Position numbers and translations under genes: made by a program. A stretch of DNA of 63,825 bases, the filler included, from Octopus bimaculoides (Eukaryota): NCBI RefSeq assembly GCF_001194135.2. It is 9 parts of 9 records of this genome, joined end to end, with 100 filler letters (N's around TTAATTAATTAA, not from the genome) between each part and the next. Parts side by side here need not be neighbours in the genome. Positions count along the whole stretch, not along the records: positions 1 to 19,250 come from NC_068989.1; positions 19,351 to 31,511 come from NC_069000.1; 7 more parts are not named here. One strand, given 5' to 3'. Positions 13,355-26,300 of the stretch are shown in pieces. Each line of letters starts with the position of its first letter. Position 1 is the stretch's first letter. The notes under the pieces are model-generated. The model made no database searches. It saw nothing but the letters and a program-made list of their open reading frames with translations, and had not been told where the DNA came from.

Positions 13355-13557
13355 AAGAACTGTTAGCACGCCGGGCAAAATTCTTTGCGGTATTTCGTTC
13401 ATCTGTACGTTCTGAGTTCAAATTCCGTCGAAGTTGACTTTGCTTTTCATCCTTTCGGGGCTGATAAAATGAAGTACTAGTTGAACACTGAAATCAATGC
13501 AATCGGTTTACCCACTTCCTTGAAATTGCTGACCTTGTGCCAAAATTTGAAACCAAT
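13355..13557 (+). mobile_element. SINE family B copy
   Basis: Same body and the same aaatttgaaaccaat end as 13054-13274. Confidence 0.85.
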
Positions 13558-13883
13558 ATACGAGTATACTGCTTACATCAGAACTACGATATACACTGAA
13601 ACACCAGTCGACAATTATCGGTGGGAAATGGCAGTGCACCTAGTAGAATACTGCCAGAATGCTACAACTCACGAAGTGCAGCCATCTAGATTCATATATG
13701 TGTGTGTGTGAGCGTATGTTTGTAGTATCTGTAAGTGGTATAAATATAGCCAATTGATTTAATTTGAAATTCAAAAGTAAAATGATGAATTACCCATTAT
13801 TTTGTAAATTGGTGTGATAAAAGATGTAAATGGTAATATCAATGGCATCAGAACCAGTTGGTGTCACTGACTGTGTTTGTGTG

Positions 13884-13892
13884 TGTGTGTAC

Positions 13893-13953
<61 letters not shown>
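13884..13953 (+). repeat. (TA)n microsatellite
   Basis: Direct reading. Confidence 0.9.
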
Positions 13954-13965
<12 letters not shown>

Positions 13966-14809
13966 CACATATATATCTATATATATGTACATATATATAT
14001 GCACGTGCCTATATGTATGTGTGTGTATATATATATGTGTGCGTGTATGTATATTTATATGTGTGTGTATGTGCGTGTGTGTATGTGCCTGCGTGCGTGC
14101 ATACAAGGGTTATATTTCATTATTTCATGTCATCAGGAAATTACGTGAGTAAAGAAACAGATAAATTGACATAAATGACGGCTCACATTGATATCCCGAG
14201 AAAAATAGTAAAGCATTTATAAACAATTGTAATTTTTAAAAAATATTTAATTTATTACATAACCAGAATGTCACACAGTTCATCAGGCGGTGGGAGAATC
14301 CAGTAATTTACCTCTACATCTATATTGGGTTGATTCTTATCTCATCGATCCCAGATGAATAAAAAGAGCAAAATGAAAACCGGACGTGGTTTGTATCCAT
14401 AACGTAAAAAGAAGCAAATTTAAGCAACTAAATAGTGATTCCTGATATAGGCACAGGGCCTCATACTGTGAGAGAGGATACAGGCCATTGTACTGAACCC
14501 AATTTTATGAGCGTTGGTCAAAAAAATGACTTGAAATTATTTGTTCTGATTTTGTGCACTCTAAGGGCAAAGTCTGCGAGGGTTCAATTTGTTTTTCATC
14601 CTTTCGGGATCGATGAAATAAAATACTAGTCAAGCATTGGCTAGTATTCTCTCACAATTGGTTGTGCTTAGAGGTAAACGCAGAGATGCACACAGAATGT
14701 CTAATGGAATTAAAAATTATTTTTATGCGTTTGTGTACATTTAAACTAATTAAATATTGTTTTACAGAATAATAGAATTAAAATTTATTTGATTAAAACC
14801 CTTTCTAAC

Positions 14810-15821
14810 ATGGAAGTATCCAAAGGGCATTTGAGGTACAAAAAAGGATACTCTGCAGCCGAAGCTATTCGAAACATACACTCAGTTTATGGGAAAGAAT
14901 GCTTGAATGAAAGAACTTACAGAAGATGGTTTGCAAAATTCAGAAGTGGAGATTTCAGCCTTGAAGATGAAGATCGAACAGGATGCCCAGTTGAGTTTGA
15001 TGATAAGCTCCTTGAGGCAGTACTTGAAGAAAATCCTGCATTATCAGTTGAAGAATTGGCAATAAAGCTTAGTTCAAACCATACAACTGTTCATCGTCAT
15101 CCTCAACAACTTGGAAAGTTTCCTAAACTTGGAAAATGGGTGCCTCATGAATTGTCCGAAAGCAACCGCAAATTCCCGAGTTAACATCTGCTCTTCTCCC
15201 CATTCTCGCGAACTCAATTCACTCTTTTTGGATAGACTGGTGACTGGTGACGAAAAATGGATCATCTATCGAAATGTTAAATGTGGTAAACAGTAGCTTG
15301 GCAAAAGGGAAAAAGCTCAACCGCAACCGAGAAGGGAATCTCATGGAAAAAAAGGTTCTTCTCTCTATCTGGTGGGATTTCAAAGGAGTAATTCACTTTG
15401 AATTGTTACTACCTAATGCAACAATCAACGCCCAAGTCTACTGTCAGCAATTAGAGCGTTTGAACCAAGCTTTGAAGAAAAAAAACCTGCTTTAGTGAAT
15501 CGAAAAGGAGTGATGTTTCATCAGGACAATGCGCGACACTACCCTGCAATGATCACATCACAGAAGATTGAAGAGCTCGGTTGGGAAAAAATTCCTCATC
15601 TACCTTATTCTCCCGACCTTGCTCCTTCAGACTACCATTTGTTTCGTAGTTTACAGAATCATTTGGGGAACATAACTTTCGCAAGCCAGGAGGAGGTCGA
15701 AACTGACATTTCAGAGTTATTCGCTTTGAAACCAAAAGAGTTTTGCATTGATGGGATTAAAAAGCTTGTAAATAGATAGAAGGAAGTCATAGATAATCAG
15801 GGAAAGTACATTGATGATTAA
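14810..15821 (+). pseudogene. mariner (DD34D) transposase, frameshifted, near full length
   Basis: WFAKFRSGDFSLED HTH region, WVPHEL, VTGDEKW, WWDFKG, HQDNA and YSPDLAPSDY. There are 34 residues between the second and third Asp, and the C-terminus reads GKYIDD*. It has several frameshifts and stops; TIRs were not confidently found. Confidence 0.95.
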
Positions 15822-16643
15822 ATTTCAATTAAATATAACATTTGATCACTTGTTTTCTTTATTCAAAATTCGGACAGAACTACATCACTCGGTCAGCGAC
15901 TATTCAAGGATCCGAAGCCTAACGCCCTCCGAAAGAGACTGAGGACATCTTCATTCCCACCCAGCGCCTCATGCTTAACATCATGTCTGCTACAAAATAC
16001 AAAGATTGACATCCTCACCGAGCGCATTACTCGATTGTTAGAACACTGTAAGCGTTTGAGAGGTTTCATTTCTGATACCAGTGCTTCACCCAGAACTGTA
16101 GTTCAGTCAAGACGAGTACAAGAAACACGGTCACAGATACTGCAAGCACAAGACATACCAGTGCATCATCAGCCAAGGTATGTCGAAGCCTGAATGCAGA
16201 TGCCATCTTACTAGTTTGGTATTTTCTAAATTACCTTCTTGATTTATAGGTTTGGAAAAGAGAAATTGTCTTGCACCCGTGGCATTACGCAACACACGCG
16301 CGCGCGCATACACGCACACATATGTGTAAACATATGCATTTATACATACATAGAGACACACATATATATACGTATATATATGCATGTATATATAAAAGAT
16401 ACATGCGCATATAGACATCAGTACACATATGTATACAAGTATATACATAAATATGCATGATTATATACAAATAAACTTTTATAAAGGGATATATCTGCAT
16501 CCTTATACAATGGTATACATACGCCCACCTAGGCATATGTGTGTATGCGCGGATGTACATGCGTATATGTGCGTATGCATTACATACACACGCGAACAAA
16601 AATTCATACATATACACATACAAACGTTAATACAATTCTGCAT

Positions 16644-16713
<70 letters not shown>

Positions 16714-17920
16714 TTATAAACGTATATACATACATACATATATACATACATCCATACATACATCACACAATACCCAAATCATCTCTGTCTGTTCAACATA
16801 TATTTGAGCTGCAGGCGAATCTAAGCAGTCATTGATCCGTGAATGAAAGGCAAGCAATGTGAAATGACAGAGAAAAAAATATATAGTAAATAGAAAATCA
16901 ATAAGAATTGTCTCAGTAGGTGAGCTTACTGCCACCACAATTTCATCAACACAAACAATCACCACGACCGCTACAACCTCCACCTCTAAATAACCACTAA
17001 TGCTGCCATAACACTCTCTCCACTCCTCAACGTGGCACCGTTTTCGTCATATTCCGAAAGCACATGCTATTTTCTCATTAGATTTGCACGTTGGTGAAGC
17101 TGACCGCGCAAAAGAACTGTCAATAACAGTCTAAGAAAAATAAGAAGAATCAGAATTCTGCCAATTTTTTTCCCCACCATTTACTACTCTTCTCCTCTTT
17201 CTCTTTCTCCTTCTTCTGATCGTTTTCTATGAGTGCTGTGTCTGTGTGAGTGTATTGTTCGTATACGTACATGCAACCATAGGTTTTAAATATATATATA
17301 TACTCAGGCGTATTCATAGAGACATACGTACGTTAGATAATATATATGTATATATATATAAGTTAGGAAGAAAAGAGCGAATGCGCATACGTATGTAGAC
17401 ACACACACACACACACACACACACANNNNNNNNNNNNNNNNNNNNNNNNNNNNNNNNNNNNNNNNNNNNNNNNNNNNNNNNNNNNNNNNNNNNNNNNNNN
17501 NNNNNNNNNNNNNNNNNNNNNNNNNNNNNNNNNNNNNNNNNNNNNNNNNNNNNNNNNNNNNNNNNNNNNNNNNNNNNNNNNNNNNNNNNNNNNNNNNNNN
17601 NNNNNNNNNNNNNNNNNNNNNNNNNNNNNNNNNNNNNNNNNNNNNNNNNNNNNNNNNNNNNNNNNNNNNNNNNNNNNNNNNNNNNNNNNNNNNNNNNNNN
17701 NNNNNNNNNNNNNNNNNNNNNNNNNNNNNNNNNNNNNNNNNNNNNNNNNNNNNNNNNNNNNNNNNNNNNNNATACATACATACATACATAAGTATGTATG
17801 TACATACATACTTACATATACTCATGTACAGGCAGTGCAAAGTATATACAAAGACAACAATACGCATGCTGGCATACAAATACATTCAGACATTCACACA
17901 TATTAAACTTCCAATCTACC

Positions 17921-18025
<105 letters not shown>

Positions 18026-18026
18026 T

Positions 18027-18118
18027 ACGACGGGCTTCTTTCAGATTCCGTCAAGGAAATCCACACTCTAGGCTTTGGTAAGCAGGTGACTATAGTAGAA
18101 GACACCCAAGGTGCCAAT
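18027..18118 (-). mobile_element. SINE family A 5'-half fragment
   Basis: acgacgggcttctttcag...gactatagtagaagacacccaaggtgcc. Confidence 0.7.
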
Positions 18119-18294
18119 TCGGGTAAAAGCCTTGTGACGTGCAATTCAGAGCTCTTACATCATTATTTGGCGACCACATATTATCCTACAGTTGGGTATC
18201 TAAGAATAATATAACACGAGGATGGAGAATATCAGGCTTTAATAGCAAACCACAACATTTGTTTCTACACCACACACCAAATTTAGGTTACTGA

Positions 18295-18436
18295 AGAAGC
18301 TTGCTTCCCAACCACATGGTTCCGAGTTCAGTCCCACTGCGTGACACCTTGGGTAACTATCTTCTATTATAGCCGCGGGTCGACCAAAGCCATATGAGTG
18401 AATTTGCTTGACGGAAACTGAAAGAAGTCATATGTG

Positions 18437-18474
<38 letters not shown>

Positions 18475-18542
18475 GTGTGTGTTTGTGTGTGTGTGTGCGT
18501 GTGTGTGTGTATGTGTGTGTATGTGTGTGTGTCTGTCTGTCT

Positions 18543-18580
<38 letters not shown>

Positions 18581-18795
18581 ATGCGTGTGTGTACATGTAT
18601 TTATGTATCTGTGTTTGTCCCCCCACCATTGCTTGACAACCGATGTTTGTGTGTTTACGTCCCCGTAAACTAGCGGTTCGGCAAAAAGAAATCGATAGAA
18701 TAAGTACTAGACTTACAAAGAATAAGTTTTGATGTCGATTTCTTCGACAAAGGGTGGTGCTGCAGCATGGCTGCAGTCAAAAAGCTGATACAACT
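18295..18795 (+). mobile_element. SINE family A, full copy with long internal (TG)n
   Basis: ccaaccacatggttccgagttcagtcccactgcgtg...gaaactgaaagaag, then (TG)n at 18433-18600, then tttgtccccccaccattgcttgacaaccgatg...cagcatggctgcagtcaaa. Confidence 0.85.
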
Positions 18796-18914
18796 ACAAG
18801 GATAAAAATATATAAGAAAATATATAAGAAAAAAATATAATAGTTATATTGTAGAATATTTTTTTCAGCAACAGCCGTGTGTGGATGCTTCATCAGGTAG
18901 TATTCAACTATGTT

Positions 18915-19135
18915 CTTTCATTCTTTTACACGTTTCAGTCATTTGAATGCGGCAATGCTGGACCACTGCCTCAAAGGGATTTTTTTTTAGACGAAGAAAT
19001 CGCCCCCAGGACTTATTCTTTGTAAGCCTTGTACTTAGTCTATCGGTCACTTTTGCCGAACCGCTAGTTAACGGGGACATAAGCACACCACCATCGGTTG
19101 ACAAACAGACACAAAGACACACATACACACAAATA
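18915..19135 (-). mobile_element. SINE family A 3' half
   Basis: cgtttcagtcatttgaatgcggcaatgctggaccac...cttttgccgaaccgctag...gacaaacagacac. Confidence 0.75.
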
Positions 19136-19250
19136 CATATACCTGTTTATATATATATATATATATATATATAGGTATAAGTTAGAGGTGTTTAAAACTT
19201 CTAAGGGATGGTTAAATCCAAAGGCGCTCCTGGTGATTACCTGCGTAGGT

Positions 19251-19350
19251 NNNNNNNNNNNNNNNNNNNNNNNNNNNNNNNNNNNNNNNNNNNNTTAATT
19301 AATTAANNNNNNNNNNNNNNNNNNNNNNNNNNNNNNNNNNNNNNNNNNNN
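19251..19350. other. Artificial 100-bp scaffold spacer N44-TTAATTAATTAA-N44 (one of eight)
   Basis: The same 12-mer, with stops in all six frames, is centred in gaps at 19295, 31556, 36030, 44000, 49834, 58919, 61151 and 62603. Confidence 0.9.
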
Positions 19351-19369
19351 ATATATATATATATATATA

Positions 19370-19404
<35 letters not shown>

Positions 19405-19978
19405 GTAGCCGTTCGAAAGAAATACGAAAGATACGAATAAATATTCACTTATCCGGAGAGAAATTGAAGGGTAAAACAGAAATGCAAAATATATGAAAAA
19501 AAAACAACAAAAGAATGAAAAAAAAAAAGGAATATATTCTTCTTTACATCTTATGAATGAATGGTTCTCTGAATGAATAAATAAAAGAGAATGAATGAAA
19601 CATAATGAATGAAAATGCACAATTGGCTGGTTGGTTCGTTGGCTGTTTGGCTTGTTCTATAACGCAAGAAATATGTGCGATGTGAATGGATGATGTAACT
19701 AACGAACGATAACATGTGTGGAATGCAACAAACAATATACACACATACATAAATACATACACACATACATATAGTTACATGCTCAGACAGACACAGCCAC
19801 TATTACACGTTATTACACATTCGTAGACACATAGAGAGACATAAGGCCCAACATACGGTGCATATGCACGCATATAAACAACGTAAATAAATAGTTATTA
19901 AGAAAAGACAACAATGGAGATAGATGTGTAAACAGGCGGTGAGACAGTACATGCGTGTTGGTCTGTAAATATATATAA

Positions 19979-20018
<40 letters not shown>

Positions 20019-20175
20019 NNNNNNNNNNATAAATATATATATGTATATATAGATATATGTAATCGTGTGTCTGTGTGTGTTTCTCTGTGTGTATGTATAT
20101 GTGTGTGCCTGTGTTTTCTGTATGTCAATGCGTGTCTGTATATATGTGCAAGAATGAATACATACATACAAATAT

Positions 20176-20298
<123 letters not shown>

Positions 20299-20417
20299 CA
20301 TATATGTACAAAATATATGTAAACATGTATTTTCATACGTGTGTGTGTGTCTATCTGTCTGTATGTGTAAAGAGAGAGAGAGAGAGAAAGAGTCTCATAA
20401 ACACATGCAAATATATT

Positions 20418-20461
<44 letters not shown>

Positions 20462-21250
20462 AATATACATATATAAAGAATCATATATATACAAATACAC
20501 ACACATATATATATACCTACATACATATATGTTTATATGCATACATGCATATGTATACATACATATATACATAAAGACATATTTACATACATACATATAC
20601 ATACATATATNNNNNNNNNNNNNNNNNNNNNNNNNNNNNNNNNNNNNNNNNNNNNNNNNNNNNNNNNNNNNNNNNNNNNNNNNNNNNNNNNNNNNNNNNN
20701 NNNNNNNNNNNNNNNNNNNNNNNNNNNNNNNNNNNNNNNNNNNNNNNNNNNNNNNNNNNNNNNNNNNNNNNNNNNNNNNNNNNNNNNNNNNNNNNNNNNN
20801 NNNNNNNNNNNNNNNNNNNNNNNNNNNNNNNNNNNNNNNNNNNNNNNNNNNNNNNNNNNNNNNNNNNNNNNNNNNNNNNNNCATATATATATACATCGTG
20901 ATGGAACGACAGAACTGTGATGGGAGAGATGAGAGAGAAAATGAGAGATAGAGAAGAAGAGAAAAAGGAGGGAGGCTGAGAGAAGGACGGGGGAGATACG
21001 CGTTTCTAACTGCACGGGACTGGAAACATCATTAGAATATAGCAGCACGAGCAGCAGCAGCAACAAAAAACAACAACTACAGCATCAATAACAATAACAA
21101 TAACAATATTAACAGCAATAACGACAGAACCATCAACATGAAAAACAACAACAACAACAACTACAAAAACAATAACAACGATAACAGCACCAAGAACAAG
21201 AACAACAGGCGGGGCAACCACCAGAACTATAGCAACAGCCACAGTGACAC

Positions 21251-21317
<67 letters not shown>

Positions 21318-21772
21318 TAATAATAATAATAATAATAAATGCCCTGATGCAATACCAGGCAGTGGCTTTCATGGTTTCTCATCTTAGCTGATTGGAAGTG
21401 TTATCATGTACAATGTTTTTTGTCTTGGTGTATAAAAGATGGGCTACAGCAAATATTCTGCTCAATGCCATAGATTTGCTTGTCAGTTGTTTGAGCTTAA
21501 CCAGTTGAGCATGTCCCTTAGTGGCTGACAATATGTGCATCTCTGATCACGAGTAGAAGTAGTTGGGGAGCATCATAGCCATGTGATGAAAAGAATTCTT
21601 TGGGGTTTGGATAATTCACTTCTGGAAACATGGATGTTTTGTTCAACATACTTAAACAACCCTTATTCAGGGACTTTTTGAGCGGGATGGTCTACTCGAC
21701 CCGAAAAAAATTCTAACTGGGCCCCACCAGCAAGGTCATGCGCTGTTTATCTTCATATGAGATCACCACATC
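21251..21772. mobile_element. Interspersed repeat of about 435 bp abutting a long (TAA)n tract; probable retroelement end
   Basis: (TAA)n at 21251-21338 is followed by a non-coding complex sequence (gccctgatgcaataccaggcagtggc...gagatcaccac). Family not assigned. Confidence 0.5.
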
Positions 21773-21779
21773 TGCTTGG

Positions 21780-23990
21780 GCTCGGTCATGTGCCCATCAC
21801 AACCCGATGAACACTGAATTGTTGCTTTGTTACCACGTAGCGCCTCTGTCACCCTAGCTCATCGAACAGCTTTTGTTGGCTCTCCTCACGAGCACATAAT
21901 GCAGTGTTTTTGTATTGGTGACTGTGAGCTTTCTTTTGGGGGCTACATGTGGTTGTGAACGCACTGGTGGATTTGGTTGGTATAGTGGTGGTGTTTGTGG
22001 GGATGGTGGTACTGGTGTTATTTGTTCGATGTGCTTGGGGTTTCTTTGTTTTCAGGTGTTGGTGTATGTTCGTCTGCTCTCTTTTTCCTTTGTCTTTTAC
22101 GATTTTTTGCTTTGTAAGGTTCTTCCTCATCTTCACTACGTGATGAGGAGGGTCTAGTGCTTGTAAGACCTGTCTCGGGGAGTATGAGTGTGCTTCTGGT
22201 AGTGTGAGCGTGTTGGTGTGAGCGTATGCTTGAGAGAGAGGGTGAGGGGGCTGGCTTGATAGATACTCTGGGTAATTTTCTCCATTCTATGGGGATCACG
22301 GGCCTCTGTTGTTGTTGTTGAAGATGAGGCTACCGTTTTATTAGAACGCCTCTTGTTGTTGCTGCTGTTGTTGGAGGTGCGATGTAAGCTGCAGCTGTGA
22401 CTGCGTACCTCCCAGCGTTTTGAGGCAGAAGGCTCTCAGGTGGCTTTTGAGCCCATGGATGATACATCTGGTCTTTCTGCCTTCTACGATGACACGCAGT
22501 TCCATCCGTTGGGCAGCTGGATCAGGTCTGGGATCTTCTCGATAATTACTGGTTTCATATGGATTAATATTTCCAAGTTGATCCCGCACCAGTTCTCCTG
22601 CTGCTCATTTTTACCTCCAGGAGTGACTCTAGGTCCTGCACCGCACGGGCAACTATTCCTCGAGACATTAATGCCCGGTGGCACGCCATTTACCCAAATT
22701 CTGGTCGTTCTCTTTGAGAGGTAAGTGGAATACAGGACCCACTCCACATCCTACCGGGGTGACACTGCGTGTCTTCGAGTGAAGTTCTCGTCTTTAAAGA
22801 GGACCTCAATGCTAGCAGTCTGCTTCCCTCTCTGTATATGGGCCACATCTATTAAAATTTCCTTGAGAGCCTTCTCAACATGACTGATGGAGGCCATTTC
22901 AGCTCTCCCACTTTTGCGTGACACGCATCTGAAGTATACTGCCGTCTCTTTTGCCTCTATTATTTCGGGAGGTACAAGCACTGCACCTTACCCCACTCAG
23001 ATTTAATGATGACTTTCGCTTTTGACAGTTTGTGTATTTTGTCATCGAGTGCGATGGCAAACATTTCTCTTTCTGTGTTCGCTACATCAGCAAACCTTTT
23101 ATTTTTGTTATTATTTTTGTGGTTGTTGTCGTCGGGTGGAGGCGCAATGGCTCAGTGGTTAGGGCAGCGGACTCGCGGTCATAGAATCGCAGTTTCGATT
23201 CCCAGACCGGGGGTTGTGAGTGTTTACTGAGCGAAAACACCTAAAGCTCCACGAGGCTCCGGCAGGGGATGGTGGCGAACCCTGCTGTACTCTTTCACCA
23301 CAACTTTCTCTCACTCTTACTTCCTGTTTCTGTTGTGCCTGTAATTCAAAGGGTCAGCCTTGTCACACTGTGTCACGCTGAATTTCCCCCGAGAACTACG
23401 TTAAGGGTACACGTGTCTGTGGAGTGCTCAGCCACTTGCACGTTAATTTCACGACCAGGCTGTTCCGTTGATCGGATCATCTGGAACCCTCGACGTCGTA
23501 AGCGACGGAGTGCCAACAATACAATACAAGTTGTCGTCGTCATTGCTGTTGTTATTGTTATTACTGTTGCTGCTGTTGCTTTTGATGTTGTGGTTGACGG
23601 TGGAGTTGTGACCACTTCCACCGTTGTCCCTCTCACCACCACTGTCACCGCTATTTCCCTTCACTCCACCTTCAGTTGTAGGAGTATTGTTTTCGCTAAA
23701 ATCTGTATTATTATTAAAGAATACTCTATCTGGTACTACTGTCATTGCTACTGAAGCTGCTGCTCTTGCTGTTGCTGTTTCTTGCGTTGTTGTTGCTGCC
23801 ACGACTACTGCTGCTGCTGTCACTGTTGCTGCTGCGTTCTACGAATGGACGTTTTATTTCTCTTTCTTCTATCTTTTCTCTTTCCAAAGAAAATATTTCT
23901 CCCAGCGTTCACTATTTTCCTCTCGTTCTGGTCAAACGACCCTCTATGTTTCTTTTCGTTCGGTTTCTTTGTATGTCTCCACATGTTCTG
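21780..23990 (-). mobile_element. Tx1/L1-like non-LTR retrotransposon ORF1 (gag-like), decayed, no ORF2
   Basis: AVYFRCVSRKSG...IEVLFKDE...YLSKRTTRIWVNGVPPGI...KIPDLIQLPN/MELRVIVEGRKTRCIIHGLKSHLRAFC contains a decayed CCHC knuckle (C-x2-H-x4-H-x4-C, 22425-22466). It has a basic KRQRKKR C-terminal region and an Asn/Ser-rich N-terminus. Confidence 0.7.
23135..23529 (+). mobile_element. tRNA-derived SINE family C, full length with 10-bp TSD
   Basis: A box TGGCTCAGTGG at 23148-23158, B box GTTTCGATTCC at 23192-23202 and a caata tail. TSD gttgtcgtcg at 23125-23134 and 23530-23539. Confidence 0.9.
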
Positions 23991-24260
23991 TTTTTGTTCA
24001 CAACTTTGAACCTCTATAAATCCAAAATTATATTTTGGAATTTATGGAAGGAACTGTCTTTGAAGAATTATATTGTCGTTGAATGCACGAAACGAAGAGT
24101 AGATAAAACAGTCGAAAACTGATGAAGGGTCGTTCTCCGTGTTACTTCTCCTGTTTTCCATTTTTTCTCTCCTGTTGTTTGCATATTTAACTCGTTTGTT
24201 TTCGTACTTCATGTTGTTTACACAGTTGGTGACGTCCTGTACCCATATATGCATATACAT

Positions 24261-24302
<42 letters not shown>

Positions 24303-24371
24303 ATTATTATTATTATTATTATTTAATTGAACGCCACGCATCCATTTCGAAGTAAGTATTCATACATACAT

Positions 24372-24404
<33 letters not shown>

Positions 24405-24419
24405 GACACACACACACAT

Positions 24420-24450
<31 letters not shown>

Positions 24451-24511
24451 CATACTCACACATCTATTTATGTATGTTTGTTTGTCTATACATGCGTACA
24501 TATCTGTGTGC

Positions 24512-24546
<35 letters not shown>

Positions 24547-24559
24547 AACAATATATGAG

Positions 24560-24592
<33 letters not shown>

Positions 24593-24610
24593 ATACATAT
24601 ACATGCATAC

Positions 24611-24662
<52 letters not shown>

Positions 24663-25179
24663 CTGAGTGTATGCGTAAAAGTACACATGATTTAGGTGTT
24701 GTTTGTCAGTCACGGTCTCCTTTGAAGCATCTAACAATGTTTAATAATTATTTTCTCTCAGACTCTCTTCCTCTCTTTCTTCCCCCCCCCACCTCCATCT
24801 CAGTTACTGCGTGTACGCACGAGTGCGTGTTAGAGTGAGTTTGTGCGTGTGTGCGTGTGTGTGTTTCATTGTGTAACTGACTTCATTAGTCAACGTATAG
24901 TGAAAAGCATGTTTGCGTGTGTATATGTGTGTGTATGAAAGCGCGTGTACATGAGTTTATGTCGGTGTCGATCCCTTGTGACTATGTTTCCGTATTTTTT
25001 TTTTGAGGGGGGATATATATATATATATATATATGCGTGGGTGTGGATGTGTATATCTTCGTTATTGTAGCTGTTATTTAGCCTTCAGCAGCACTGTCTT
25101 GAGTTGACAAATTTTTCAAAAGCATCCGAGGCTCGACTACCTTTTCCCCAATGTGCTTGCGCGCATGTGTGAATGTGTT

Positions 25180-25213
<34 letters not shown>

Positions 25214-25259
25214 GGTGTATGTGTATATACATATATATGTGTTTGTGTCTGTGTACGTG

Positions 25260-25400
25260 TGTGATTGTGTTTGCCCTCCACACAGCTTGACAAGCGGTGT
25301 CGCTTTGTTTACATACTCGTGGATTATCACTGCCATCGATTAACCACTTCAAGGCATTGCCCCCAGCATGGCCATAGTCCAATGACTATAACAGGTAAAA
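25260..25400 (+). mobile_element. SINE family A 3'-half fragment
   Basis: tttgccctccacacagcttgacaagcggtg...cagcatggccatagtccaatgact. Confidence 0.6.
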
Positions 25401-26220
25401 AAAAAATTGCACACACCAAACTGCCCTCTCACCCACTCACACCTGCGCACACACACACACAAAGACAAACAGACAAGCACTTATGTATGTATGTATGTAT
25501 GTATGTATGCCTGCATGCATGTATGTATGGATGGATGGATGGATGGATGGGTGAATGGATGGATGGATAGATAGATGGATGGATGGATGGATGAGATAGG
25601 ACTGGCTGGATATATTTGGAAATCCATTTATTCTTAAAGGTGTCGACTTAGATCAAAGCCGATCCGTTTCTAATCTGTAACAATGACGTAACAGAACATT
25701 CTTTCAGAGCTCTCTCTCTCTATCTATCTATCTACAGCTAAGTAGACTGGGCTCTTTAAGAGCAACATACCCCGGTTATGTACACATGCATTGTCGATGA
25801 TAAGATATGAATCTCTGCCCTCTTTGCTGCTTATGCGGTAACCCATCTAATCAACCATATGTGCTTACATTTAGAAAATAGCAGCAATGCTGAAGAGTTC
25901 TTTCTTTCTAGACAACAATATATATATATATACATGTGTGTGTGTGTACGTGCGCGTGCATACACATACATACCACACAGTTTTGGTGCAGAAGGGAATG
26001 CTTCCTGTTGCAAGAATTTCTCATCAACGATCTCAGGTTCTTCTTCAAGTCTACCGAAATATATATTCTTATCATCGTGAGCACAGTGGAGTATGTAGAA
26101 TGAAAAATCAATGGTGCGGTTTCGAATCACAATTGAAAATGGTTCGATGCAATTTATTTATATCAATTTATATTCATTTACATTGATAACGCTCTTGCTC
26201 CTCCCTGCTTTGTCTGCTAC

Positions 26221-26221
<1 letters not shown>

Positions 26222-26298
<77 letters not shown>
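26222..26298 (+). repeat. (AAT)n microsatellite
   Basis: Direct reading; source of the poly-Asn ORF. Confidence 0.95.

Positions 26299-26300
<2 letters not shown>

Noticed and set aside
19295-19306. TTAATTAATTAA recurring eight times as a possible biological motif
   Set aside because: Always centred in N44 flanks totalling 100 bp, so it is an assembly spacer.
23135-23210. tRNA gene
   Set aside because: The A and B boxes continue into a 395-bp body with a tail and TSD, and there is no acceptor stem, so it is a SINE head.
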